Assembly (NCBI GenBank): GCA_976226885.1
Contig: OZ320318.1
Location: forward strand, 43,028,001 to 43,092,000
Reading direction: 5' to 3'
From: Iphione sp. A-MEVVRFRX5
Taxonomy: Eukaryota
DNA: 64,000 nucleotides
Positions 14,431 through 27,554 of this stretch are shown one piece after another. A program made the translations under genes and the position numbers. Below the pieces are notes generated by a model that worked only from the letters and a program-made list of their open reading frames with translations, did not search any database and was not told the DNA's origin. Numbering within the stretch: position 1 is the first letter of the stretch; each line of letters begins with the position of its first letter.

Positions 14431-15426
14431 TATCATATAATAACTAGTAAAACATGGCTGATTCGTCATACTTTGAACAATATTGCTGACTTTTATCTCT
14501 CCTATTATTCACCAAGGTGAAATCGGTGAGAACACACCGTTTCACAAACATTCGACGCCATCGTCTCGTGAACATGACCCTGTGACCCCTATGCGAAGTG
14601 TTAGAGGTCATTAGGGACGTTGGACACGGGGCACGCTTCACTAAGTGCGTGTGCCATGCATCACTTTGATCCTCCTATTATCGCCCATTTATGTCACGCG
14701 ACCCTCATAGATGGCACTACTGACGACCATCCGGGACATGTTGTTAGGCTGATTCACGCGCAGCCCAACAGGGGATGTCAGGGGCTTATGGTGGACACGG
14801 TGAAAATCTTCAAAAAAGGGAGACGATGAAAAGGCACTTCCCGTAAGATTAAGTTCGATTGAGCGAGATCCATGTTGTCGGTTTTAGAAATTATGGGACA
14901 CATTGCAGGAGTGAATGTAGAAGAAGCATTATATAGGAGAATTACATTAAATACATTGTTCATTGTGATACGTATACAGTTTTCATCAACTTTGACCTAC
15001 TTTCTAGTGTCCAGAAATTGCCTCCTTACTATACGGACGCATGGGTACAGGAAAAACGGTCTAAGGCATTCTGCCTGAGGCCTTTCCATAAGTATGGGCT
15101 CTGTGCCCTTACTCCGTGTCTGGAGCTGTCCGGAGACTGAAAACAACCCAAGGCAATCAATTTCTCCACAGCATGGACTCCAGATGGCTCTGGACTCTCA
15201 GCCTGGAGCCCGAAGCCCATACACAAGGATACACACAGATACACAATCATGTTGAATACCATAGGATTTTTTTCCAAACACACGTCTGTTGTCAGGAAAC
15301 AATTTCTAGACACACGGAAAGCAGGCCTTCTCCATGGAAATTAGGCTTAAAGAAGGAAAAACTTTTTCTAACATATGTCAGATGATTTGAAATGTATAGT
15401 TTGCATATCATTTGCATAAAAGCATG

Positions 15427-15720
15427 CCATTTACACAGATTTGGTCACATTTCCTTCTGATTGGCACCAAAAACACACCATTTACAGAGATGTGATGACA
15501 ATTCCTTCCGATTGGTACCAAAAAAAGCCATATACACAGATTCGGGTGGAATTCCTTCCAATCAGCAAAGAAAAATACCATTTGCACAGATTTGGTCGCA
15601 ATTCCTTCTGATTGACACAAAAACCACACCATTTACACAGATTTGAGTGGAATTCCATTCAATTGGCACAAAAAACATGCCATTTATACAGACTTGGTGA
15701 GAATTACTTCCGGTTGGTGC
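15427..15720. repeat. ~51-bp tandem array, 6 copies
   Basis: ccatttacacagatttggtcacatttccttctgattggcaccaaaaacaca-like units start at about 15427, 15478, 15528, 15578, 15629 and 15680. Confidence 0.85.
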
Positions 15721-16428
15721 ATACACACACATACACACACACCCAATTTCTGACAATTCCTGACCCATATTCATGGGAAACAACCTTCCGTGCTTGTCTG
15801 TGCTTGTCAGTGCTCATCCGGAAAATAGGCAGAATTTCCAGACCCTTCTGCACTGACACATACACATGGTAAGGGGGTCTAAGAGGCAAAATAAAAAATA
15901 TATATGTTTGTGACTGTTTTGTCAGTTAACAAATCCAATTTTTTTTCTGGCAGTAGATTTTTGTTTCAAGCTATCCTCATTGCTCCATTGCTCTGAGAAC
16001 ATTTATTTGTACAAAGTCTGAGAACTGCTTGGTAGACCGGTACGAAGGAGGAGTAAATATGCTTCAGGGAATCTTTACCCTTCAGAGGTTTTCCTTCATA
16101 TGCTTTTTTCGCAGAAAATGTAAATATTGAAAATAATAAAATATAGAAATACGCATTTGTCAGAATTTAGAAATGTGCAGCTTTGAAGTTGGACTGAACA
16201 TTTTAAAGACCGTTAACAGGTATATCCTCCGATGTACATGTGTATACGTCAGACTTCGTCTGCCAACCTCTCCACCTCACCGTTGCGTCCAGGACCTTTG
16301 TCTTCTCTTTCATTTGATATGTAGCGTCAATATTTTCAACGTGATGCTAGGAGTTGAATGTCAGAGTGCCCTTCACTAGTGTTGAAAAGGCCTGGGCCTC
16401 TTCAAGGTCAGCCAGGGCTGATTATTTC

Positions 16429-16440
16429 TGCGCATGCGCA
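16429..16440. promoter_or_regulatory. Perfect NRF1-type palindrome
   Basis: TGCGCATGCGCA. Confidence 0.3.
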
Positions 16441-19400
16441 CCAGGAGTGACCTCTGACCTGCGGCAGTGAACCTTGGGAAGGGATTGTTAATACTGGAAA
16501 CTAATTGACAGGGCCTGTCTGTTTAGTCTCACTACACACTTAACATGCTACTACTCCGCTACTCTCTGCTACTATACAAATATATAGGACTGCCAGCGCT
16601 ACAGAAATTTATGGTGGTGAGAACTGACTAGTCGGATGAATAACAAGTCAAGGTTCTGCTTCGTAAACGGATGGTATAGGCTGCCGTTTGGGAAAGTCTT
16701 AATAGTAACACTGATGTGGTTGCCATGGAATTCAAATCGAATGCAAATATGCTGTGAAAGATGGAAACTGTTAGGGGTTTTCACTTGGTAGAAGATAGTA
16801 AAGTGTCAAAATTTACACAAGGTGCTTTGGTTTGGATAGGAAGAATGCCGATAAAAAAGGAGCTTCTGGCTATTTCCCTACCTGGGTCTGTTTTCCAGAA
16901 TAATGGTTCTCCATACCGCTGGATGTTCTGGGAGTTAGAAGTGTGTTATTCGCTTAAAGGAATGTGTAAACTGAAGTCCCTGGCTTGGTCCCCTACGTGG
17001 GTCTCCGTCGTATGATATTGCATTTACAGTACAAAGTGTATATCAGGTCTGCCTCAGAAAAATGTTCTACTGTCTATTTATATTCACGGACAGGGGGGAT
17101 GTGTCTCTGTAAATCACGTGAGAAAAAAAAATTAACCAGCCTTGGACAAACGTTCCTCTGAGTAATCTGTCAGATAAAAGCGACAAATTAGACATCCGAA
17201 AAAAAAAACACTGCGGCCCTATTTATTTTTGCATGTCAACAAATACTTTACTTAAAAGTTTCTACTTTCACATGGTTCTGAATTTGTGATCCTGCGGTCG
17301 CCCGCTGTGTGGGAACGTAAATAAAAAAAATAAAAACCACCTACTACAAATGGCGTATAGATAGTCCATACGCAAAATTGTATGTAAATGCGTGATGAAA
17401 AATTATATTACTGTGTAAAACAGGAAGATAGTACGGGGATCTCAACCTCACCAACCACAACGTACACCTTATATTATGTATTGACAGCCACATGAGATTT
17501 ATTCGACCATAAACACGCAAGTTATGTGTCAGGAGACAAGCCATGCCATTGGTCAGTCGTCAAGCCAATCGAACGGCGGGACGTTATCTTGCAGAATTTT
17601 ATGGGAATGCCCGCTAGGGGCGTGGTTAAGGTGATGGGGAGGGATCAATTTTATAACAGTTTTTTTTATGTGAGTACTCAATGTAAATAACCACATGATG
17701 TTCAGCATTTTATCGCAGTCACCTTATAGTCACCAATTAATTTTTATGAAGAGTCTTAATGAAATAGCTGAGGTCACAGAGTCCAGGCGCGTCTCTCACG
17801 AGCCTCTGGAGGTTCCAACCAATATTATAGTCCTCTACAAGGTAGCAGCAATACCTTCTATCCTTTTCTGCACTTCATCAAATTTTATTAATTAGTATCA
17901 CTAATAACGACATAATTGTGCTAGTTATTATTTGATAATATTCAGACGAATGAATCAAATTAGTCCATGTATTATTTATTTATAATCGTTTGAATTTAGT
18001 CACACGCTGAATGAACAAAGCACGAATGATCCTTCAAGCACTCACATAAACGACCAACACAGGCTTACTAGGAAAACTGATCATCTATCAGATTACATAA
18101 TGCTCCTATCTCTCTAACTGTAGTATATATACCAGTGTATACATGCCTCAAACTAACGTTACAGCTTCATCGTGACGTTTAGTATATATCCGAAGTAAGC
18201 AGAGAGGTTCAAGCTCATGCCATGAACGCTGCTGGACTATGTCTCTTTCTCCTGTAACTGTAGGTCAGTTATTTTCGTATGTGTGTATGCATGTAGGGGT
18301 GCATGTATGCATGGATGTAAACAGCCCATGAAGGTTGTGACCCTCCCCTCCCCGCCCTTTAGAGGGCCTGAAATCCATCCACTTCTTAATGGGCATGTGA
18401 AGTATGCAGTCCTAAAAGCAACAACCTATCACTTTTTGACATTTCAACCGAATAGGCTGCAGATTACGGAGCAGGAACTTGGCCGCCTTCTAACTAATTG
18501 TCACGTAATATTTTCAGTAATATATGTATGCAATTGGAATTAATGGTAAACAGACTAAAATACAGGCTGCAGACTTCTTTTTCCCCTCTCTCTCTGTGTC
18601 TCTCTATCGTTGCCTACAATACCTCCACGTGTAACATTACTTTTTAAGTGTCATCTATAGAGGGAGAGTAAAACTTCGACTCACTGTATGTACATGTACA
18701 CGTGTATATACATGTATACAGAGAGCATCCAGTTGTGAAGTGGGGTCCTAAACTCTGCGAGAGTTAATACATAGCAGGATCTGTAGAGTAGACGGAGTCT
18801 TCGTCAATTTAAGAATAATATGCGTCTTGACGTTATCCTTTCCGAATATCTGGCTCTCTCCTTGTGCTGTATCCCCTTCTTCTCTCTCTATAGCTGGCAC
18901 CTGTTCGTATCTCGTTGTAGTTCTCTCTATCGCTTTGTGATTTAGCTGTCTGTCTCTTCACCCTTTTACTAAAGTGTTTAGCTTTGCGTACAGCTGTATC
19001 TTAATCGTTCGCTATACTTCCCTTTCTGTTGGTCTAATTAATATTATTCCTGGCTGCTCTTTTTATTTCTCTGTGTCTGTTTCATTCCGTCTGTCGATGA
19101 GTCTATCTGTCTCTAATTCCAGTTCAGTATCTCTCTACTGACCACCTTACCGCTAGACCCTTTCTAACTTCATCCGATTTCCCTGTTATTCTCTATTTCC
19201 TATGGCAACAATTCTACCATGACAGTGTAAGTCACTCTTTCTATGCATTTCTCCCTCGTTATCTATATTATCGTCCCTCCCGTTACTTAGAGACCCGTAG
19301 CTCTCATTAAGGCTCGCTTCATAGGCTTCTTCTCTACCCTTTCCCTATCCTCCCTGCACTCTCTTCTCGTCTCTGTCTATCGAGTACTTCCCCCTGCTTC

Positions 19401-20774
19401 TCTGCTGGAACGCATCTCACGTTCTGTCCCTCTCGTTTACTACTTCTTTTTCTAGCCAAAATGTAAAAGTATCGCAATCGTGTAAAAAATAGAAGGAGTC
19501 GCATGATTAAGGTCGGGTTTTATGAAAATAGTTGTAACAACTGGATAAAACGGAGCTACGGTTTATTCGCCTAACCTCACTTTGATCTGGAGAGGTTTTT
19601 GGAAGACAATTTCCTGAGCCCCGCTGCCGTATATCTCCCCTCCCATCCGCACCTTACCTCAACTCTCCTTCTCCTTCGATCTCGAACCTACAGTATAGTA
19701 CACCTCTTCCCCTCACATCTGTGACCATACATCATAACCGGCAGCGGCACCGACAGGTTAACTATGTAGTCGACGCGAGGACAGATAACGCTAACGTTAA
19801 CGTAAGTTGTGGTAACGTAGTCGGGCAGGTTCTGCCATGCGCCGAAACGATTTTCTTTGAACACGATTCCGCCAAAGCACGCTCTCTGGAAGGTGTCTCA
19901 TGTGTCACTATGGGGCGGACGGATTAGTCGTAATTTGCACATTTCAACATGACGGATGGCATTAAACAGATGCAGTGTTTATTCTTAACTGAACAACAAC
20001 TGGTTACGTCTCCCTAGTAACTGTGCGATAACCTCACGGTATTACTGCTACAGCATGCGTCGTCTCGAAGGTTCCTCTAGCCATGCTCTCACTTAGGGGC
20101 TGTTCCGATGTAGCATGATGAAATATACATCCCCGTGTGTGGATGCAGACATACCTCCTGCAGAGTTCATTAGTTAATTGCCTGCATATGGTCTGTAGAT
20201 GTCTTTCACCACTGTGTTCTATGGAAATCCGCATACGTGTCCAGACCAAACCCATCCCAGATGGTTAGACATCTGCACCCATGTGCAGACACAGAAAAGT
20301 CTGCCTATATGTCTGCCTATATGTGAATATGAGTACAATAGTCCAGCAGGGCCACTCCATGTGCAGACACGGAATGTAAAAATCAATATACATGTGAACA
20401 CCGCCTTACACCATCTGCAACTCACACCATTAGAAACAAACATCTCAAGCAGTTCACACTACAATCAAAACAAATTATCAAGTCTCATCATGACCAAATG
20501 TCATCCTCTTGCTAGACCACATGTCATCTTCAAACTCTCGTACTAATTCTACAGATCAATTTTAAAAAGTCTATAATGGGCTAGTGTGTGAGTTGCTAAA
20601 GGCATCATTGAAGACACATGGTTCGAATTAGATTCAACGTAAACCATCCTAGTCCCTCACATATATTCATGCACAGCTGACAAAACTCTTCATGTATACA
20701 TTTGAAACTAACAATTGGGAAAGTTATGGAATCCTTATATCAACCATACCCAAATTGTGAGCAAACTCACTAAT

Positions 20775-20822
20775 GCGACCACTTCAGCTAGGAACCAAGG
20801 GGTGGTCGCAAATGGGGTTTCA
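20775..20822 (-). mobile_element. Fragment of the same mini-MITE family, inverted
   Basis: The reverse complement gcgaccaccccttggttcctagctgaagtggtc matches gcgaccaccctttggttcccagctgaagtggtc at 22285-22317. Confidence 0.65.
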
Positions 20823-20992
20823 AATCTATATGGGTATTGATGAGATGAAAATAGCCATACGGACACCTCCCACTGTTATCTATAGGCACTAATCTACACG
20901 CGAAATTCTCTCTAGGTAAATGTTTAAGTGTATCTATTCCTGAACGCATCGTTAAATGTAAGTAAAGATTAGGGATTAAAAAATGCATTTTT

Positions 20993-21005
20993 TTCTCTCT
21001 CACGT

Positions 21006-21058
<53 letters not shown>

Positions 21059-21480
21059 GTCATCATAACATTCGGTATTTTGTGTCTTGTCCAGAGCAAT
21101 CCATCCAAAGTGTATGTACTTTTCCAGTCACTTTTGCCCCCTCAATCACTCTCTTCTGCCTTCTCCTCCTCACTCTCTCCCTTACTTTCTCTTTCTCCCT
21201 CGTTCTCACTTCCCCTAGCTTCCACCCCACTTCCTCTTGTCCTTCTTTGCTCTCTCCGTCGCTGTCTCCCTCTTGCTCCTTCTCCTTGTCTTTTCCCTTA
21301 TCTCCCTCTCTCATCACCTTTCTCCATCTCTCCCACTCTTTTTGTGTTTGCCCTTCCTTTCCTTGCTTTCATTCTTCCCGTACCTTTCTGCTTTTATCTC
21401 TCGTTTCTCTCTTCCACTCTTTCCCATGTTCGTTCCATATTTTGCAGTCCCCTCTCTTGATGTAACCACTTCCCTGTTCT
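20993..21480. repeat. (CT)n microsatellite followed by a long pyrimidine-rich low-complexity tract
   Basis: Direct inspection; this tract explains several spurious S/L/F-rich ORFs. Confidence 0.85.
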
Positions 21481-22267
21481 CTCCATATCTGACCATATTT
21501 GATCTTTATAAATAGAATGCAGTGAGTGATACATTTAAAAATATGAAGCTTTGTTGCTCACATTTAACGATGTGCCACTGTGACAAGGTCCGAGATTTCG
21601 CATCTCCCGAAGCGGAAGGAGTAGGAACAAAAACAAACACGCGAAGGTTGTCTTTTCAGACATTATGCAGTGCCATATACTCATCTTTCTCAAACAGAAG
21701 TCAGGGCAAGTCACAACAAACGAAGAAGCAAAGAGTAGATGGATGTTGAACAGAGAACGGCTATGACAATCAGGGAATCGGAATGAAACGATGGCAATGT
21801 GCTAGTCGCCGTGAGTAGCTGGCAGTTTGTGCGTCTACGTCTGTAGCAACTTGTATGTTTTTTATTCTATGTTTGTGCACGTGTGTGTTCATGTGTGTGG
21901 TTTTGCACACGCAGGTAAGCGTTAGCACGTGCTTGCGTGTGTAGAACGAAATGAAGGGGAAGGAAAAGGAAAGAAGTTCAAGCCAGAAGAAAGGTAGGGA
22001 CATGTAGACAATATAGAAACGACTCAAAGGGCAATGAGGAAGAAGGAGAGACAGAGAACAGATAGAAATATAAGTAGTTTGAATACTGGATGTATTGATT
22101 GGTCACCCCATTATGTGCTCCAGACTATACCCGACATACCTAACTCACTGACTGTGCATGTCTTTATGCACTGAAAACTGCATCCTGTTTATCTGGAATA
22201 CTGACCCGACATGTCAATGGGCACTCGAGGATGGACCTTATATGATAAGGACACAGAAAGAGACCTA

Positions 22268-22382
22268 CAGTCGAAACTCTATTTGCGACCACCCTTTGGT
22301 TCCCAGCTGAAGTGGTCATATTGGGTTTGGTCATATTGGGTTTGGTTGTTAATCGATGTGGTCGCAAATAGAGTTTCGACTG
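22268..22382. mobile_element. 115-bp mini-MITE with perfect 25-bp TIRs (CAGTCG... pogo/Tigger-like end)
   Basis: CAGTCGAAACTCTATTTGCGACCAC (22268-22292) has its exact reverse complement at 22358-22382. The left flank is TA and the right flank is CA. Confidence 0.75.
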
Positions 22383-22538
22383 CATGTCAACTTCCAAAAA
22401 GGTTCAAGTCGAACACGGGATATCATATATTTAAAGCACGGCTGCCATCTTTAATGCTCTTTCAGCCTATTTAGCAAAGTGTGGCAATATTGTAGGTATT
22501 GTACTGGCGCCTGTGAATATTATAGATTATGGATAATT

Positions 22539-22862
22539 TACTGCGAGTGATGGCCAGGTGACTGCCGAGTGACTACTGAAATTTACATGGCTGTCACTAC
22601 CTTGTAACTTATGATAGAAGGACAATCCATATACCAACGTCTTCCTTAGATCCCTGGCTTTAATTTGATATGAATTATATTAAAATCAGACAAGTAGAAG
22701 TGGGTAGTTTTTGCCTGTAAAGTTTAGTGGTCACTCGGCCGTCACTCGGCCGTCACTCGCGGTAAAATGATGTGGTTTTTTTTCAGTGGAAAGTTCGTTG
22801 AGCATGATACGTGGACTCACAGTAAAAGTGGCGTGTTTTTTTACACAGAACATTTTGTGTGT

Positions 22863-22941
<79 letters not shown>

Positions 22942-23347
22942 TTCTAGCTTAAACAACAAGGACATTATAACCCTCTGAAGTTTTACCACGATTACGCAGG
23001 AAAATGACGTTTTTACCACAAGTGTACACAACGTCATTACCACAACCATAGAGAGACAGAGAGAGGGGGAGAGAGAGGGAGAGAGAGGAAGAGAGAGAGA
23101 GAGAATAAGAGAGAAAAGGAGAGAGAGAGGAGCTGTGCTTTAAGTGCGATACAGCCTTTGTAGAACATGTACTTGATAGACAGACAGACAGACAAACAGA
23201 CTGACAGAGCCGTGACTCTAAGTGAGATACAGCTCTCGTAGAGCATGTACTTGATATATTACTGTATAATCCTCTCGGCTCCGCCTCGACGATTATACAG
23301 TAATATATCACGTACAGGGCTCTACTTGTGCTGTATCTATCACTTAA
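22539..23347. repeat. Palindromic non-autonomous repeat family, copy A (inverted repeat pair, CT/GA microsatellites, terminal hairpin)
   Basis: An imperfect ~40-bp inverted repeat pairs 22539-22578 with 22727-22766. A hairpin at 23219-23347 has ~52-bp arms (inner 20 bp perfect) and a 19-nt loop ctctcggctccgcctcgac. It shares modules with 40109-40799. Confidence 0.65.
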
Positions 23348-26114
23348 ATGATAAGACATTTTAGTGACTTTGAGTCCAACGACATGAAACCCCGCTCAAA
23401 GGTAAACTCACAGCGGCAAGAATCAATATTGGTGTCCTTTTGAGGTTTTTATATTCTACAGGCATCTATACCAAACATTATTAAACGCTAACATTGGATA
23501 AAGAACATGCTTGACCTTCATTACGTGGTAAAGAGACATGTATACCAGAGATACCCTATCACAAATGTATGCTAGTAAGTATATAAGTAAGAACTCTGGT
23601 GTTAACGTGTAACGGTACATACATCAGGTATTTGGCGAGCTTATCTTTCTTATTTTTTCTTTCCTTCTAGGGTACCCTGACCTCTGAATCCCTCCCGAGT
23701 TTGCTCTTCTGACATTCTCTCTTTATCTACGTTTCTTATCTCTCCAATCTACCCCGTCTACAGCACCGCACAGCAAAGTGCTTGTTTTGACAAGCGTCGA
23801 TGGATATCGCCGTTGAAAACTGTTGAGTCATTCCCCTAGTATACGCGTCCAGCATACGCCTCTAGCGTCACGTTGTCAGCCGCGCGGCATCCTCAAAGCA
23901 AAGAATGTGATGAAAATGCGTATGCATGTACATCATATTTTCATGTTACATCTGCACTATGTGATTGCGTTTTGTTTTTGCTATTAATGTATATATGACG
24001 AATAAGGCGTTTATTTGGATATTGACATGGTAACGAGACAATGCTATGCTCCCTCTCCAAGCCAACAGGGTGACTCCATGGTGACATTGTGTATGTTTGG
24101 AATGCTCGGGGTAACGACAATCACTCTGTTTCAAAATTTTTTATCTTTTTGAATAAAGGCTAAATTGTGTGTATAACCCCCAATTTGTGTGTCCTGTGTG
24201 AGTTATTCAATATATATTTATATAGCTTTGTAAGTTTGTTGAAGTGTTTGTCCCCATATAAGTGAAAAGATGAGCAATTGGTGATTGCAGAGATCGCCTT
24301 TCTTCAAAAACTAGATATAGGCTAGTATTCTTGTACCTGATGGCTATTTTATTTATCATACATCACATTGCCAACTGAGCAGCGATTGACATATACATTT
24401 GTGATTCTGAGGTTTGTCTTTTCTCATCAAAGCAAGATCTTATCTAATGGGGATATAAAGCGAAATAATTAAAAGAATACAGTACAGTCGTTCTTTCTTA
24501 TACATCGAGCACTTAGCAAAAAGTGGCAATTTACTGGCTATTGAGAACTGACCGACAGCCAAGCTTATAGATATTTCACCTCCAGTGGCTTGTTTTCGGA
24601 ACAAAAACAATACACAACCAGGTCAACAAAGACTTACAGATACAGACAGATGAACCAATCGTAGAACAACTATGGCAGCAGTCCGAACTAGGTGGATAAC
24701 GTCAGTATCTCCCCGGCAAACTTCATGATGAGTTGTCCTTTCTGGTTGTGACCTACACTGACCACGTTCGACCTCTCATGACCTCTCGTTTTGGCAAAAC
24801 GTGACGTGTTGTGACCTCAGTATTCGGGAGACCTCTGCTCGTCCGTTACGACCCTCCTAGGTTTGTTACAGACAGAACTGACATGGCATCACGTGACGTA
24901 AGATCAACCCTCCGATTGGTTTAGCTCCACTCATGGTTGTTTACCGCCAAATTCTTCTCGAAATCTATTGGGTTCTGATTTCTAGTTTTTCCGTGTCTTT
25001 TGGAAGTGGGGAATTTGTTTTTAACGATTGCAAGCAGTTAAGATTACAAGCTGCTCTTTGACCGCAATGATGGCAATGTCAGCTGGAAAACAACAAGCCG
25101 CAACATCCACCGGACACTATTTCCCAAACTTCCCTTCCTGATCCAGTGTTAAAAGTCACGTAGGGGACTACGGCAGTGATGAAGGTTCTCTGATAATCTC
25201 AAAGAGGCGAAGCACTCCCCATGCAGAATGGGTTGTCAAGGATACCGAATTCTAGGGGTACCAAACGAAAGAACTACACAAATATCCGACTGGGAAATAC
25301 TTGGATATATTCCCTTTGATAAAAAGCACTTCCCCAATAAACGCACTTGTTATCAGTGTCAGTGTCAAAACCAAGATCTCAATGATATCTACCGATAAAA
25401 CCTCGCTAACCGAAAGTTCCTCCTTCTCAGGGAAACACTCCCATGCATAAGTATCCCAGGAATATGATAGATGGTTATAAGTGGGTGCTTGGGGGGAGGA
25501 GTCCAACTATAATATTAATAGCTCTTGTTAACACAGTGGTAAAACATAGGTTGTAATAGATTGAGAACTCCTCCCCCACGTCATCACTTAGGGCTCTATC
25601 TGAGGGCATACCAATTCTCTCGTCTGTATCACCTCGTCAAGAGGAGGTTCGCTATCATGGCTATAGAATAGGATATAGTGTGTGAACAGGGAGAGGAGAC
25701 ACAAAATATACTTGTATGCACTAAAATTAAGAGCAGCTGCATCACCGCCCTTGCTACAGCTTAAATGTGTGTGTTTGTAGTTGATTGAAGATATGCCAAG
25801 CATTCTCACTTGTACAGCCTCATTAACACTAGCATAAAAACGGCATTAACGTTAACATTAACAATGTGCAGGTGACAGGGTGACAATCAGAAATACCATG
25901 TTCGATTCAATTAAGCAGAGAAATGATCATTATGGTTAAAACAGCGACCTCCTCATGTAAACGAAGGGCAGCCCACATATTCGCCAAATGTTAATGTATA
26001 AATTAATCCTTGAAGAATGTTGGCTCTGGAAACTAGCACGTGATGCCCGAGACCATGTAACGAGTATATATATGGGCGTTATTTTGCAGATCCAACACGG
26101 ATCCTGCCAAAGTA

Positions 26115-27554
26115 CACTGAAAAAATGAAGTTGTCATGGACTTGTCTCTAGTAACAAGTTTTGGCTTGTCCTGCTGACGGTCATACAATGTACAAGTTTA
26201 GCATTGTCACTCAAAGTTTGTGACAAGGATGGTTGTCATAAACTTGATGATATGACTACTGTAGAATTGTCATAATGATAAACTGAACTAGTCATAAGGT
26301 TGTCTCTAGTGACAAGTTTTGCATTGTTATATTGACGGTCATACAATGTACAAGTTTAGCATTGTCATTCAAAGGTTATGACTAATAGGTTGTCAGAAAC
26401 TGATCCCATTTACTACTTTATCCTTGTCATAATCAAAAAAGCCTGTCACTTGTAGCACAAAGCAAACACCACAGCGTTAGGTTCAATATCAGCCTTTTAT
26501 TCTTCTTTAGAAAACTAGTACAGCGAGTCAGCAATTCAGCAGCAGCAGGAAGGCGAGTCTGACAAGAGCATTGGAACACGGTACCTGTATACTCTACTTG
26601 CTGATAGGATACAATGGGTCATTATGACTTAGGTATCATGACATCACAAGCGCCCAGCATCCAGGGCCTTGAAAAGGATCACTGATAATATCTGCATTGT
26701 TCACATGGTGACTGGACATGAAACACGATGGCTTTACACTATTTTAAGTCTAGTTCCTCTCAACACTGATACAAAGAATTGCAAATGAACATAAGTTCCT
26801 GTGAGGAACAAATTTTTCATCCAGGACATACTCCGCAGTAGGCTTTACTTTTAGTATTTCTATCTGTACACTATATATAACATAACGTTATTCCAATACC
26901 ACTAAAGCATTATCTTAATAATGTAGGAGTGTTTGTGGTGCCACTAGTGTAAGACTGAGTAAGTCTGTATCTGTTGCACCCTATATTATGACAGTTCGTG
27001 GTACCACCAGTGTAAGGCTAAGTAAGTCCATATCTGTTGTATCCTGTACTATGATGGTTCATGGCACCACAAGAGTTTGGGGGTGTACTTGTAACACAGT
27101 TACCAATATGATGATGATGCTGTATCGGGACAACTCGGTTCTCTCACATGTTCAACAGAACCAAAAGGGAATTCAGCATTGTATTAAAGTAACCGCAACA
27201 TGTTGTTGTATGTAGTAAAAGACATAAGATGTGTTGAGCCTATAGGGCTAGCGGAATAATGAAACATATGTACACTGTATAGTTATACAAAATGTAAGTA
27301 AGGCCTCTTGCAGAGTAATGTAAAGGACTGAGTGAAAAATTTTGTTTGTACCATGTAGGAAGTGATCTTTCAAATAACTGGTGTAGTGAGACCTAAGGGA
27401 CGATTTGACAAGTGTGTGACATGTTTATGACAAACAGTATTGTCAATTTGATTATACCATTGTCATAATTATACAATTTAGATTGTCAAAAAGTCAATGA
27501 CAACCCTAAAAGTTGTCATATATACAATGCCAGGACAAGTTCATTTTTTCAGTG
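26115..27554. mobile_element. Non-autonomous TIR DNA transposon, CACT-ended (CMC/EnSpm-like), 1440 bp
   Basis: The left end CACTGAAAAAATGAAGTTGTC (26115) and the reverse complement of the right end, CACTGAAAAAATGAACTTGTC (ends 27554), match at 20/21 positions. TA flanks both sides. There are subterminal ~160-bp-period direct repeats (26142 and 26300) and many TTGTC/GACAA motifs near both ends. No transposase ORF. Confidence 0.8.

Noticed and set aside
20983-21515. ORFs of 92-160 aa rich in S/L/F/P (also near 6460, 10434, 11482, 56036, 61579 and 61928)
   Set aside because: Produced by CT/GA low-complexity tracts that lack stop codons.
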